A DNA stretch of 64,000 nucleotides from a virus (lineage: Duplodnaviria; Caudoviricetes): the IMG/VR virus record IMGVR_UViG_3300037501_000255; one strand, written 5' to 3'. This document shows positions 21,176 through 29,117 of the stretch, piece after piece. Position 1 is the stretch's first letter, and each line of letters begins with the position of its first letter. Both the position numbers and the translations under genes were made by a program. The notes below the pieces were generated by a model. The model was given only the letters and a program-made list of their open reading frames with translations, was not told the DNA's origin and searched no databases.

Positions 21176-23485
21176 TTATGTTGCTACTGACTGCTTTATT
21201 TCTACTCGCAATTCTCTCTTAATTGAAGAAACCACCGCTTTTATACTATCTCCATCTATCTTAAACGATATTGGTATCTCCAACTGTTGAGCCTCAAATT
21301 GCAGCGCCGTGGGCCCCTGCCTGGTGGCTGTGGGCGGCGCTGTTGGCGCGGAGGGCGTCGGCGTTGTTACGGGCGTGTTTGGTGTGGGTACTGCGGGAGT
21401 TTGCAGTGATTCTACCTGCGGTGGAACCGGAGCTTGAGGCACCTGCAATACCGGAGTCTGCACTCCCTGTCCGGCATATCCTGCGGGTGATATGCCCATG
21501 TTGGCATAATCAAGCTGTAGACGGCCTACGTTCAATCCATAAGCGCTCTCCATCTGCCTGACACTTCTAGTTGGCAGCGTATTGTACTGTTCAATCTCTC
21601 TTCCAGTAGCGAATGGTAATTGCTGGCTTTCCCCTACAGTGCGGGTTGAAGCATACAGGAGTTGTGTGTCTCTTGCAACATCTGCTGTTGATGGAAAAAG
21701 CTTTGTGCGCAGCATGCTGCCTTTAGCCGCTCCACCTTCACCAATTATTAATTCTGGGGTAGCTAAAATTTGCTGGGCCGCGGCAAGGTCTGCATCCTCA
21801 GCAGCCATCGCGCCAGGCCGGGTGGTGGATTTGTCTACCACTACTTTGCCAACTGAAGATTTAACCTGATCAAAAATCACTCTTGCCGAATCTCGAATGG
21901 TATTTGCGGCTTGTTGATATGATGAGACCATCTTTCCCAAAGCCTCGGCTTCTTCTGCGCGCATTTTATTGACAAGCTGTTGCTTTACTCCAGTCTCCAT
22001 ATCTATTCTGGCTTGCCCAACTTCCATAAGTTGTTGACGACCTTGCTCTAGCGCTTGCGGGCCCGCAAAGACCTCAGTAGATCGCTCAATTTCCCCGCGT
22101 TGCATGATGCCCAGCATGGTATCTAATTTTCCAGTATCGCTCTGGCCTGTAATTGTTTGAAGCAACTGTCTTTGTAGGAGATATTGCGACTCTTGTCCGG
22201 TATCTAGCGCTTGGCGACGAGTTAGTATCTCGCCCCCTCCCATTTGCTCTAACTGTTCACGAATAGAGGTGAATATTTCGCCAGTTCTCCCTTCAGCAAG
22301 CGCTTGCTCTACTTCTAGACCAGCACCAATTGCTCCCCGGCCCTGACCTACTTGAGATTGCATTCCAAGAAATGCTTTTAGTCCAAAATTCATATCATGC
22401 AAATTGCGCACAGTATCTGTAAATAGCTCTTTGCCAAGCTCCTGCCTGCCTTCCCCTACAGATTTAACGAATGCATTGAAGGTATTTGATAAGCTTTCAA
22501 CTGATGTGCCGTAATATCTAAGCTGTGAGGCTGAACCCATGACTGATTCGGATACGTTCCTCATCGATAGTCCGGTCCCTCTCTGCGCAAGAGATAGAGC
22601 TGCGAACAGTGTGCTTGTATCTGATGCGCTGCGACCTAGTTGACGTATATTCAGCTGTACATACTCACTAATCTTGCCCATTTCAAGGCCTGTAGCTTTT
22701 GATAATCTAATTGCAGCTGTCAGGCCATACATCCGTTCGCCTGTTGCGGTAGTGTCCCCACCCATTTTACCAAACACTTCGCTTACATCTATACCTGCGG
22801 CGGTTAGAGACCCCATAGAGGCACGTGTAGCTTCAACACTCATGCCCAACTGTTGCGCCGAGCGCGCAGAGTTGGTTAAAGCCTCCTCTACTCGGGTAGT
22901 AAATTCTTCGCTACCCAAACCTGCGGTTGCAAATGCGCCTCCAAGATCGACTATACCTGGAGCAATACCCTTCACTTGTGCAGTAATCTGAGATTCTAGT
23001 TTCTCTATCGGCTGAAGCAGCTCATCGACCAGCGGCGCGCCCAACTTAAACACCACCATCTCTGCCAAGTTTACACGATTTGCTGCGAGCAGGCGCTGTA
23101 TTTCGCCATTCATTTTCGTAGCCTCTCCCGAGGCTACGCGATATGCATTTTCAAACTCTTCACCTAAAGCATCTGAATCGATACCTATTTCGCTTAAATC
23201 TATACCAAATGCTGACTGGGCTAATTTTTTAAGCTCATCACCAGCCTTGCCTGCAACGGTTGCTATATTTTTGAAAATAGTATTAGCATCCTCTTCTAAG
23301 TCGCTAAATGCAGATTTCAATTCGCCAACACTATCTTCCATGCCTGGAAATAGATCTACTTTGTCGCCTGCCACATCTCCCAATTTTTTAGCAAGCTCAA
23401 CTATACGAGCCAGTATCTGCTCTACCGCCTGCAGCTTTGCAGGATCTGGTAGGTCTGGGTTTGTTGGATTCGTAGGATCAGCCAT
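21176..23485 (-). CDS. Tape measure protein, 769 aa
   Basis: Ala/Gly/Gln-rich helical sequence directly after the chaperone pair and before the tube initiator (canonical gene order); Pro/Thr-rich segment near the C-terminus. Confidence 0.75.
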   Translation of the reverse strand: MADPTNPTNPDLPDPAKLQAVEQILARIVELAKKLGDVAGDKVDLFPGMEDSVGELKSAFSDLEEDANTIFKNIATVAGKAGDELKKLAQSAFGIDLSEIGIDSDALGEEFENAYRVASGEATKMNGEIQRLLAANRVNLAEMVVFKLGAPLVDELLQPIEKLESQITAQVKGIAPGIVDLGGAFATAGLGSEEFTTRVEEALTNSARSAQQLGMSVEATRASMGSLTAAGIDVSEVFGKMGGDTTATGERMYGLTAAIRLSKATGLEMGKISEYVQLNIRQLGRSASDTSTLFAALSLAQRGTGLSMRNVSESVMGSASQLRYYGTSVESLSNTFNAFVKSVGEGRQELGKELFTDTVRNLHDMNFGLKAFLGMQSQVGQGRGAIGAGLEVEQALAEGRTGEIFTSIREQLEQMGGGEILTRRQALDTGQESQYLLQRQLLQTITGQSDTGKLDTMLGIMQRGEIERSTEVFAGPQALEQGRQQLMEVGQARIDMETGVKQQLVNKMRAEEAEALGKMVSSYQQAANTIRDSARVIFDQVKSSVGKVVVDKSTTRPGAMAAEDADLAAAQQILATPELIIGEGGAAKGSMLRTKLFPSTADVARDTQLLYASTRTVGESQQLPFATGREIEQYNTLPTRSVRQMESAYGLNVGRLQLDYANMGISPAGYAGQGVQTPVLQVPQAPVPPQVESLQTPAVPTPNTPVTTPTPSAPTAPPTATRQGPTALQFEAQQLEIPISFKIDGDSIKAVVSSIKRELRVEIKQSVAT

Positions 23486-23813
23486 CGATCAACTCTTCCT
23501 TGGGTAGTTCCTTACCAAAGTGCCGCGCGAGAACATCAGTAAATACTTCGGGATCACTTTCGGGACGACTCTTCTTGCTTTCGCGTGCTTTCTGAACGCG
23601 CTCGACGCCCTCTGGATTCGAAAATGATGCTAAGTAATCTATGTACTCTATTGTTTTATTAGATGCTTCTTGCATATCCTGCTCTATCATGCAGGCATAC
23701 CATTGTAATTCAAAAATGGGCAGAGAGGCGATCTTGGGATCGCTCACCGGGACTCCCCATGCTTTTGATAGCTCCCATCTGACCCGGTGAGTGGGGTCAG
23801 TGGTCAGCTCTTT
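23478..23813 (-). CDS. Tail assembly chaperone, frameshift-accessed C-terminal segment (lambda gpT-equivalent); fused product about 312 aa
   Basis: The -1 frame is open from the slippery site (KELTTDPTHRVRWELSKAWGVPVSDPKIASLP...) into the track ORF 23478..23747; its stop overlaps the tape measure ATG. Confidence 0.75.
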   Translation of the reverse strand, partial: KELTTDPTHRVRWELSKAWGVPVSDPKIASLPIFELQWYACMIEQDMQEASNKTIEYIDYLASFSNPEGVERVQKARESKKSRPESDPEVFTDVLARHFGKELPKEELIDG

Positions 23814-23819
23814 AAAAAA
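23743..23819 (-). other. Programmed -1 ribosomal frameshift signal: U UUU UUA slippery heptamer plus predicted H-type pseudoknot
   Basis: Heptamer at 23819-23813 is in the reading frame of the chaperone gene. After a 5-nt spacer (AAGAG): stem 1 CUGACC (23807-23802) / GGUCAG (23784-23779) and stem 2 CUCACCG (23791-23785) / CGGUGAG (23749-23743). Confidence 0.8.
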
Positions 23820-24415
23820 CTACGGCTAAACTCCTTCTCAACTTCGCGTTGTACGCTAGCAGAGAATGCCATGAGTGCCGTAACCATAAATGCAGGCCAC
23901 CTCGACAGCTCGGAATACTTCCGCAACATTGGGTCTTTTATTGAATCTTGCCCAGTATAGAATTCCTCAAATGCAATGCCGTTAACAGATATCAGCGATG
24001 CAGCTAAACCCATAACTGAAGCTTGATAAGCCTCGGTGAGGTCTGCTTGTTGTAGCAAATCTAGTATTTTAGCATTATCATTAGATTTTAGAACTTTGAA
24101 TCTAAACGTTAGCCCGCCATACTCAATATCCTTAGTCTGGTCTTGGCTAAGAAACATAAGCTTTTCAAATGCTATTTTCTTTTCTACCTCTTTTTTGAGG
24201 AGCGGGTCTTCCGGTAGAGAGGGTTCCTCTGGGGCGGAGGTTGAGGTCGGCGATTGAGCAGCTGCCTGCTCCACATCTGCCATTTGCTTGTCGAAAAGAG
24301 CGTCATCGTCATCCGGAGGGGCGACGGTATACACTTTGGGGGCCGACTGCGCTTCTGCCTGCTCTGAACCTGGGGCGTGGGTGAAATTTGACATGGACGG
24401 GTGTGTTATCTTCAT
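23804..24415 (-). CDS. Tail assembly chaperone (lambda gpG-equivalent), 203 aa
   Basis: Lies between tube and tape measure genes; acidic Pro-rich N-terminus then a helical domain; ends at the slippery site (...SRSFLKS*). Confidence 0.75.
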   Translation of the reverse strand: MKITHPSMSNFTHAPGSEQAEAQSAPKVYTVAPPDDDDALFDKQMADVEQAAAQSPTSTSAPEEPSLPEDPLLKKEVEKKIAFEKLMFLSQDQTKDIEYGGLTFRFKVLKSNDNAKILDLLQQADLTEAYQASVMGLAASLISVNGIAFEEFYTGQDSIKDPMLRKYSELSRWPAFMVTALMAFSASVQREVEKEFSRSFLKS

Positions 24416-24426
24416 CGCTATACTCC

Positions 24427-24464
24427 AAAAATAAATATGCCCTAGATATATACATCCAGGGCAT
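24427..24464 (-). terminator. Putative intrinsic terminator after the sheath-tube genes
   Basis: mRNA-sense AUGCCCUGGAU-GUAUAU-AUCUAGGGCAU (11-bp stem with one G-U pair) followed by AUUUAUUUUU, 25 nt after the tube stop codon. Confidence 0.6.
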
Positions 24465-24488
24465 ACATTATGAGGCTATGAACCTAGA

Positions 24489-25169
24489 TCAGCCGCCGCC
24501 GAAAATTGGGGCGTCATTGAGCAGCAGACCAAGTGATGCTGCATCAAGCGTACCTCTACGACCTACGTCAGTTGTGGTTTCAATGTTATAAGCCAGATTG
24601 CCAGCTCCAGGACCACCGAGATAACCGCTAAAGAAGTCGTCTCCGGGTAGGGCGGGGGAAGTAGTGCCGTTAGCGAAGTAGGTTACCACATCCTCAGGAA
24701 TAATAGTAGCTTCTTGAGTGATAATGTATTCGCGTACCTGATAGCTGCCAGAAAGTTGTGTAAACCAGCAATTTTTGTACTCATGTATTACCATGCCTGG
24801 CGAGTTAGCGACGGGAGAGAAGTCGGGTGCTTCGCCGGCTTGCGCATACATTGTATCAAAAACCTTGATGGTGAACGGTATACGCTGTGACTTGATATTA
24901 TGGAATGGACGCCCGAATGCCAACGGTAGGCTGAGGCCGTCAAACGTGATACGTGTAACGGTAAGCTCTACTTCTGGTGCGGAATTTGGCACGACTTCCA
25001 GGACGCCATCGAACCCAACTTCGCTGACACGTTGAACAGTACGATTCTGACGGATCGTCATGTTCTGAATAGCGCCGACCTTCTTGTTATCAACCTCTAC
25101 CAGAATCTGGGTAGACAACGAAGTTGAGATGAATGTCTCAAGCCTCGAATTTGTATTTGGGTAAGCCAT
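24489..25169 (-). CDS. Tail tube protein, 226 aa
   Basis: KKVGAIQNMTIRQNRTVQRVSEVG...VELTVTRITFD...HEYKNCWFTQLSGSY matches the myophage tube fold; directly downstream of the sheath with a strong SD (GAGGAGAGGA). Confidence 0.85.
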   Translation of the reverse strand: MAYPNTNSRLETFISTSLSTQILVEVDNKKVGAIQNMTIRQNRTVQRVSEVGFDGVLEVVPNSAPEVELTVTRITFDGLSLPLAFGRPFHNIKSQRIPFTIKVFDTMYAQAGEAPDFSPVANSPGMVIHEYKNCWFTQLSGSYQVREYIITQEATIIPEDVVTYFANGTTSPALPGDDFFSGYLGGPGAGNLAYNIETTTDVGRRGTLDAASLGLLLNDAPIFGGG

Positions 25170-25196
25170 TTATCCTCTCCTCAATCCATTCTTAAA

Positions 25197-27755
25197 TTAG
25201 ATAGTAACAGTAACATCTACGAACACCCAGTTGATTGGCGTGGCCGGCGATATGGTTACGCTGACATCATACTGGCGAGGCTCAATCGGATTTCTCTTAA
25301 CCAGTAGGTTAGAGAATCCGGTGAGCAGACCCTGTGTAACGAGCCCTTCGAGAGTATTCTTAACTGCCGAAGTTATCGATGGTATCGTAGTAGGTCCTGA
25401 TACCGTACCTATGAATGGGGTCACTGCATTGCGAAGTGCGCGGGCTGTGGCGTCACGGATGTGGACGATTGAAATCTCTTCCTCTTCCGGGGCACCAGAC
25501 TGCGTTGTCGTGAGGCCGTGCAGAATCTTACCTCCACCCGCGACAGGCTGAACTACGCAGACGCCCGCATCCGCAAGTTCATCGAGTGTCACCTGACGAT
25601 ACTGGCGATCGCGCAGGATATTGAAGCCTGCCAGAGTTTTGAATGTGACCGGCTGCGCAAAATCAGTCTGCGCAGCTAGGTGACCACCCAAGCATGCAGC
25701 CAGGTAGAAGCCGGGCAGCGTGGTGTTGCTACCATTTATGCTGCGAACAATCTGGTCTGGCGCCATATAGGTAACGCGGTAGGTATTACCAAAAGCCTCA
25801 GTAACCGAGTAGTTGGCTAGGTCTTCGATGTTGCCATCAAGCACCTCTTCCACATCATCACCCTGTATACCTTCTAGCAGACCAATATCTTCTACGGCAG
25901 CATCTTCACGGCCAATTAAATTATCCGGGGTAAGGCCGCTAGTGGCGCCGATTATGAGATTGCGCTCACGAGCATTTACGACGTTAGACATAACCTCGCA
26001 GTGCACTCGGGCGGCCTGGAAGATGTTTGAAATTGTGGCTGACGGAACTGGGACGAGCATCTGCAACTCAACAGTCTCGAGGGCTTCAAGAGCAGAGGTC
26101 CAGTTAGAATCAAAGAAATCTGCGTCCTTTTGATCTACGTAGGTGATACGGAGACCTTTGCCTGCCGTCATATAGTTAAGTACAATGTCATCTGTGAGAC
26201 ACAGGTACGTGCCCTTGTCTGCATTGTCAATTACGCGCCATTCAACATCAGAGAATTCGACGCCGGCAGTGTGCGTGCCAGAGGTGCGCTGAGCGGTAAC
26301 TGTGCTATTGTCGCCATAGCCGTCGCCTACGCTGAGAATATTGTAGGTTGCTGCCAGGGCTGCTGGGGTGATAATCTGAATTTGCTTCAGGGTATCATCT
26401 TCGCCAGCATCAAGGAAATCTACCGAGAAGAATGCAGTATCTGACTGGAACGTGATCGCAGTTGCAGATGTCGTGATCACATAACCGTCGGTGCCGGAAT
26501 CCTCGACTTCGGCAGCTTCAATCATCGTATAGGACTGCGAGAATGGGCCCTGTACGAAGTTTGCATAAGCATTTGCAATTGTGTTATATGATGGATTGTA
26601 AAAGGCCTCTTTTGAAAGCAGAAGTTGCTCTTCGGTGCCATCTGAAGAGACTACGAAGATGTGTACTTCAGTATCTCCATCTGGCTTAGCGCCGAGCGGG
26701 AGTGGGAAGATGCAATCTGTGCTTGCAGTGTTACCTGTAGCGCCCTCAACGTCGACCGTGAGAGGATTGTCCGCTGCTAGCAACTGAGCGCTGGTACGAC
26801 GAGGTACTGGCGGCTTCGCCTGCAATGCAATTAGGCGTGGGGCGCCGTTCTCGAATGCCATCTGGGAGGCTAGTGACAGTGAGTTGGCAACCGACGGATC
26901 GCCGTGTTTTGCGAAGAGGGCTGGGCCATTATCGAAAATTTCGGGATCATTTAGATCTTGCTCTGCAATGTAACGGGCTACGAGATTGTCATTCTTAGCC
27001 AAGACGCCCGAGCCAACCTCAACGGAGAAGCGATCGCCAACATCGAAAGGCACAGCGCCTTCGGAGATGGAGAAGCTCAATAAGCCATTGCTGTAGACTG
27101 CGCCATCAGACTTCCAACGTATTGGATTTCCGTTTGAATCTTTGATGACTCCACTAACAGAACCTGACAATGAAAAGGTGGCCTTGCCTGAAATAACCGC
27201 CCCATATCCATCACGTACTACCGCTATGCAGCGGAGAGTCCAGGTTTCGGCCGGAGCAGCGGTCTCCACCAGGGAGGCAGCCGTCAGATTTGGTTGACCA
27301 TTACCCGCATTTGTGGTTGGGGCAGACCAGTACTGAGGTGAAGCAGTCGTGCCACCTTGGTTAACCAAGTAAGCTTGTTGTAGTTGTATACGACCCGTTG
27401 CGATCTCTACACGAGCATCATAGCGAGCATCGAATGGGTCAGTGTCAATCTGCGCTTCAAGAACACGCAGTGGCGAACCATTCTTAAGGAGGGTAACGCG
27501 ATTTGAAACGAGATTGCTCTTTGAGATTTGAAAGTGGCGACCGTCGGGAGCATTTGAACCAGAGAAGTCGGGATTTACGCCGTCGGAGCCCGAGCCCGTA
27601 GCTGATTCGATCAGAGTTTCCTCGGCCTCACCCTCCCCAACTATGCACAAAAGTCTTGCGCCGGTGTTGCCGGCCACGGAACGAGATAGCGTCTTTGTAC
27701 GTACAAAAACCCTCGGCTGGGTGCGCTGTGGAACGCCTGGGACGATATTTGCCAT
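25197..27755 (-). CDS. Tail sheath protein with inserted outer domains, about 852 aa (start moved to ATG 27755)
   Basis: C-terminal sheath core (ALEALETVELQMLVP; LADAGVCVVQ; EISIVHIRD; PRQYDVSVTISPATPINWVFVDVTV). SD AAGGAG lies just upstream of ATG 27755 (MANIVPG). Confidence 0.92.
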   Translation of the reverse strand: MANIVPGVPQRTQPRVFVRTKTLSRSVAGNTGARLLCIVGEGEAEETLIESATGSGSDGVNPDFSGSNAPDGRHFQISKSNLVSNRVTLLKNGSPLRVLEAQIDTDPFDARYDARVEIATGRIQLQQAYLVNQGGTTASPQYWSAPTTNAGNGQPNLTAASLVETAAPAETWTLRCIAVVRDGYGAVISGKATFSLSGSVSGVIKDSNGNPIRWKSDGAVYSNGLLSFSISEGAVPFDVGDRFSVEVGSGVLAKNDNLVARYIAEQDLNDPEIFDNGPALFAKHGDPSVANSLSLASQMAFENGAPRLIALQAKPPVPRRTSAQLLAADNPLTVDVEGATGNTASTDCIFPLPLGAKPDGDTEVHIFVVSSDGTEEQLLLSKEAFYNPSYNTIANAYANFVQGPFSQSYTMIEAAEVEDSGTDGYVITTSATAITFQSDTAFFSVDFLDAGEDDTLKQIQIITPAALAATYNILSVGDGYGDNSTVTAQRTSGTHTAGVEFSDVEWRVIDNADKGTYLCLTDDIVLNYMTAGKGLRITYVDQKDADFFDSNWTSALEALETVELQMLVPVPSATISNIFQAARVHCEVMSNVVNARERNLIIGATSGLTPDNLIGREDAAVEDIGLLEGIQGDDVEEVLDGNIEDLANYSVTEAFGNTYRVTYMAPDQIVRSINGSNTTLPGFYLAACLGGHLAAQTDFAQPVTFKTLAGFNILRDRQYRQVTLDELADAGVCVVQPVAGGGKILHGLTTTQSGAPEEEEISIVHIRDATARALRNAVTPFIGTVSGPTTIPSITSAVKNTLEGLVTQGLLTGFSNLLVKRNPIEPRQYDVSVTISPATPINWVFVDVTVTI

Positions 27756-27839
27756 GAACAATCTCCTTAAGAACTGCCTAGATTATTATCTATATTCAGA
27801 AGCATATTAATTAGTAGAGAGCACAACTGTCTGTATATA

Positions 27840-28616
27840 CTATGTTATGCTAATATCTCCGCCTAGTGCGACGGCGGGGATGTCTTCGGATGAGGCATCT
27901 ACTTCGAAGCACAAGTGTATTCTATCTACAAGTGTTGTGATGGGTATTTCTCTTCTCCATTCTGAATATGTATTAACCGTTATGCTGGTGGAGAAAATTG
28001 GATCTGCTTCGCCGATATTCTCTTCGGACTGACCGGAGCTGCTGACGTTTTTTATGAATAGCCCACTCTGTCGAAGCATGGTCCTGTATGTATTTTGCAG
28101 CCCAACCAATATAAGATCTCCAATTGATAGAACATCTTCCTGGGAGCGTCCCAGAACTTTGATCTCAAATGACTGTTCCCAGGCACCGGCAAAAATGACG
28201 GCTGCAGGAGCATTTATGATAGATTGATTTCCATACCCATCCGTCACTTTTTGTGATGAGTAGGCTATTGTCTGCTCATTCTGATTGAATGATATGGGCG
28301 CATATGAGGTTGAGGCCGGGCGCACAGTTATTGCAGGCAAAAATGATATGTCCTGTCGGTGAGTGCTACCTATATATAGCCGGGTAGTTTTTTCGTTGAT
28401 ACGACCATCATCAGCAGATAGTCCCAGATTATTCGGCGTTTTTGGGAAACCGAATTTGTCAGTCACATATCTATATTCCCGATCTCGCTTAAACATCTCT
28501 CTAAGGATGTCGATAAGCAGGTTTCTGCCTGCCATCATAGCGGTATTGCGAACAATATTGTCCAGCTGATATATATCAGAGAAGACTATGTACCCGCTAC
28601 CTATACTCATACTCAC
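27840..28616 (-). CDS. Tail terminator / tail completion protein, 258 aa
   Basis: Immediately upstream of the sheath; FLPAITVRP...WEQSFEIKVLGRSQEDVLSIGDLI...ITVNTYSEWRREI resembles completion proteins of large myophages. Confidence 0.6.
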   Translation of the reverse strand: MSMSIGSGYIVFSDIYQLDNIVRNTAMMAGRNLLIDILREMFKRDREYRYVTDKFGFPKTPNNLGLSADDGRINEKTTRLYIGSTHRQDISFLPAITVRPASTSYAPISFNQNEQTIAYSSQKVTDGYGNQSIINAPAAVIFAGAWEQSFEIKVLGRSQEDVLSIGDLILVGLQNTYRTMLRQSGLFIKNVSSSGQSEENIGEADPIFSTSITVNTYSEWRREIPITTLVDRIHLCFEVDASSEDIPAVALGGDISIT

Positions 28617-29107
28617 ACATCCTGCGATGTCTGTCCTTCTATAACATCAAATAACTTGAACTGCGCCGGCTTATTGTCTAAAATTGCTTTTGAAATATAC
28701 TTGCCTGGTCTTAACTGCGCCATCCATATGCCTGCGCGATTTGTAGTTGTTTCCTTGATTACTTTTTTATCCGCATTCATTATTTTAACGGATACACCAT
28801 GTAGGGGCTTTCCATCCTCAGAAAGTATCTTGCCCTGCACCATAGCTCCTTTTTGGGCCGGCGACGTATCGGGCGGTAGGGCTATCTGCGGTTGAGTGGG
28901 CGGCTGTAACGGTGCGGGAGCGTGAGGCTCAGGGGCGCGTGTGGGGATTTGATGCTGAGCAGAGATGGCCTTCGAGAGCCCCGAGAAAACCTCGGCATTG
29001 ACTTTTGCCTGCAGTAGTTTTATATTAGTGTCCATTACTGCAAGTTGCGCCTGCATCTTTGTTATCATTTCATACATTTCTTCTATCATTTGTATCGGTT
29101 CTTTCAT
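28613..29107 (-). CDS. Coiled-coil + Pro-rich linker + carboxypeptidase-regulatory/CnaB-like beta domain protein, about 164 aa
   Basis: The track start at 29266 overlaps the upstream gene by about 150 nt; ATG 29107 (MKEPIQM) has an AGGA SD. C-terminal VQGKILSEDGKPLHGVSVKI...TTTNRAGIWMAQLRPGKY is a transthyretin-like beta-sandwich pattern. Confidence 0.6.
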   Translation of the reverse strand: MKEPIQMIEEMYEMITKMQAQLAVMDTNIKLLQAKVNAEVFSGLSKAISAQHQIPTRAPEPHAPAPLQPPTQPQIALPPDTSPAQKGAMVQGKILSEDGKPLHGVSVKIMNADKKVIKETTTNRAGIWMAQLRPGKYISKAILDNKPAQFKLFDVIEGQTSQDV

Positions 29108-29117
29108 AATGCTGTTC

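Noticed and set aside
6335-27755. Interpretation as an eCIS, tailocin or T6SS locus rather than a phage
   Set aside because: Neck and adaptor-like genes, the frameshifted chaperone, holin-like genes and a homing endonuclease point to a phage. Capsid, portal and terminase are simply not in this window, so this cannot be fully excluded.
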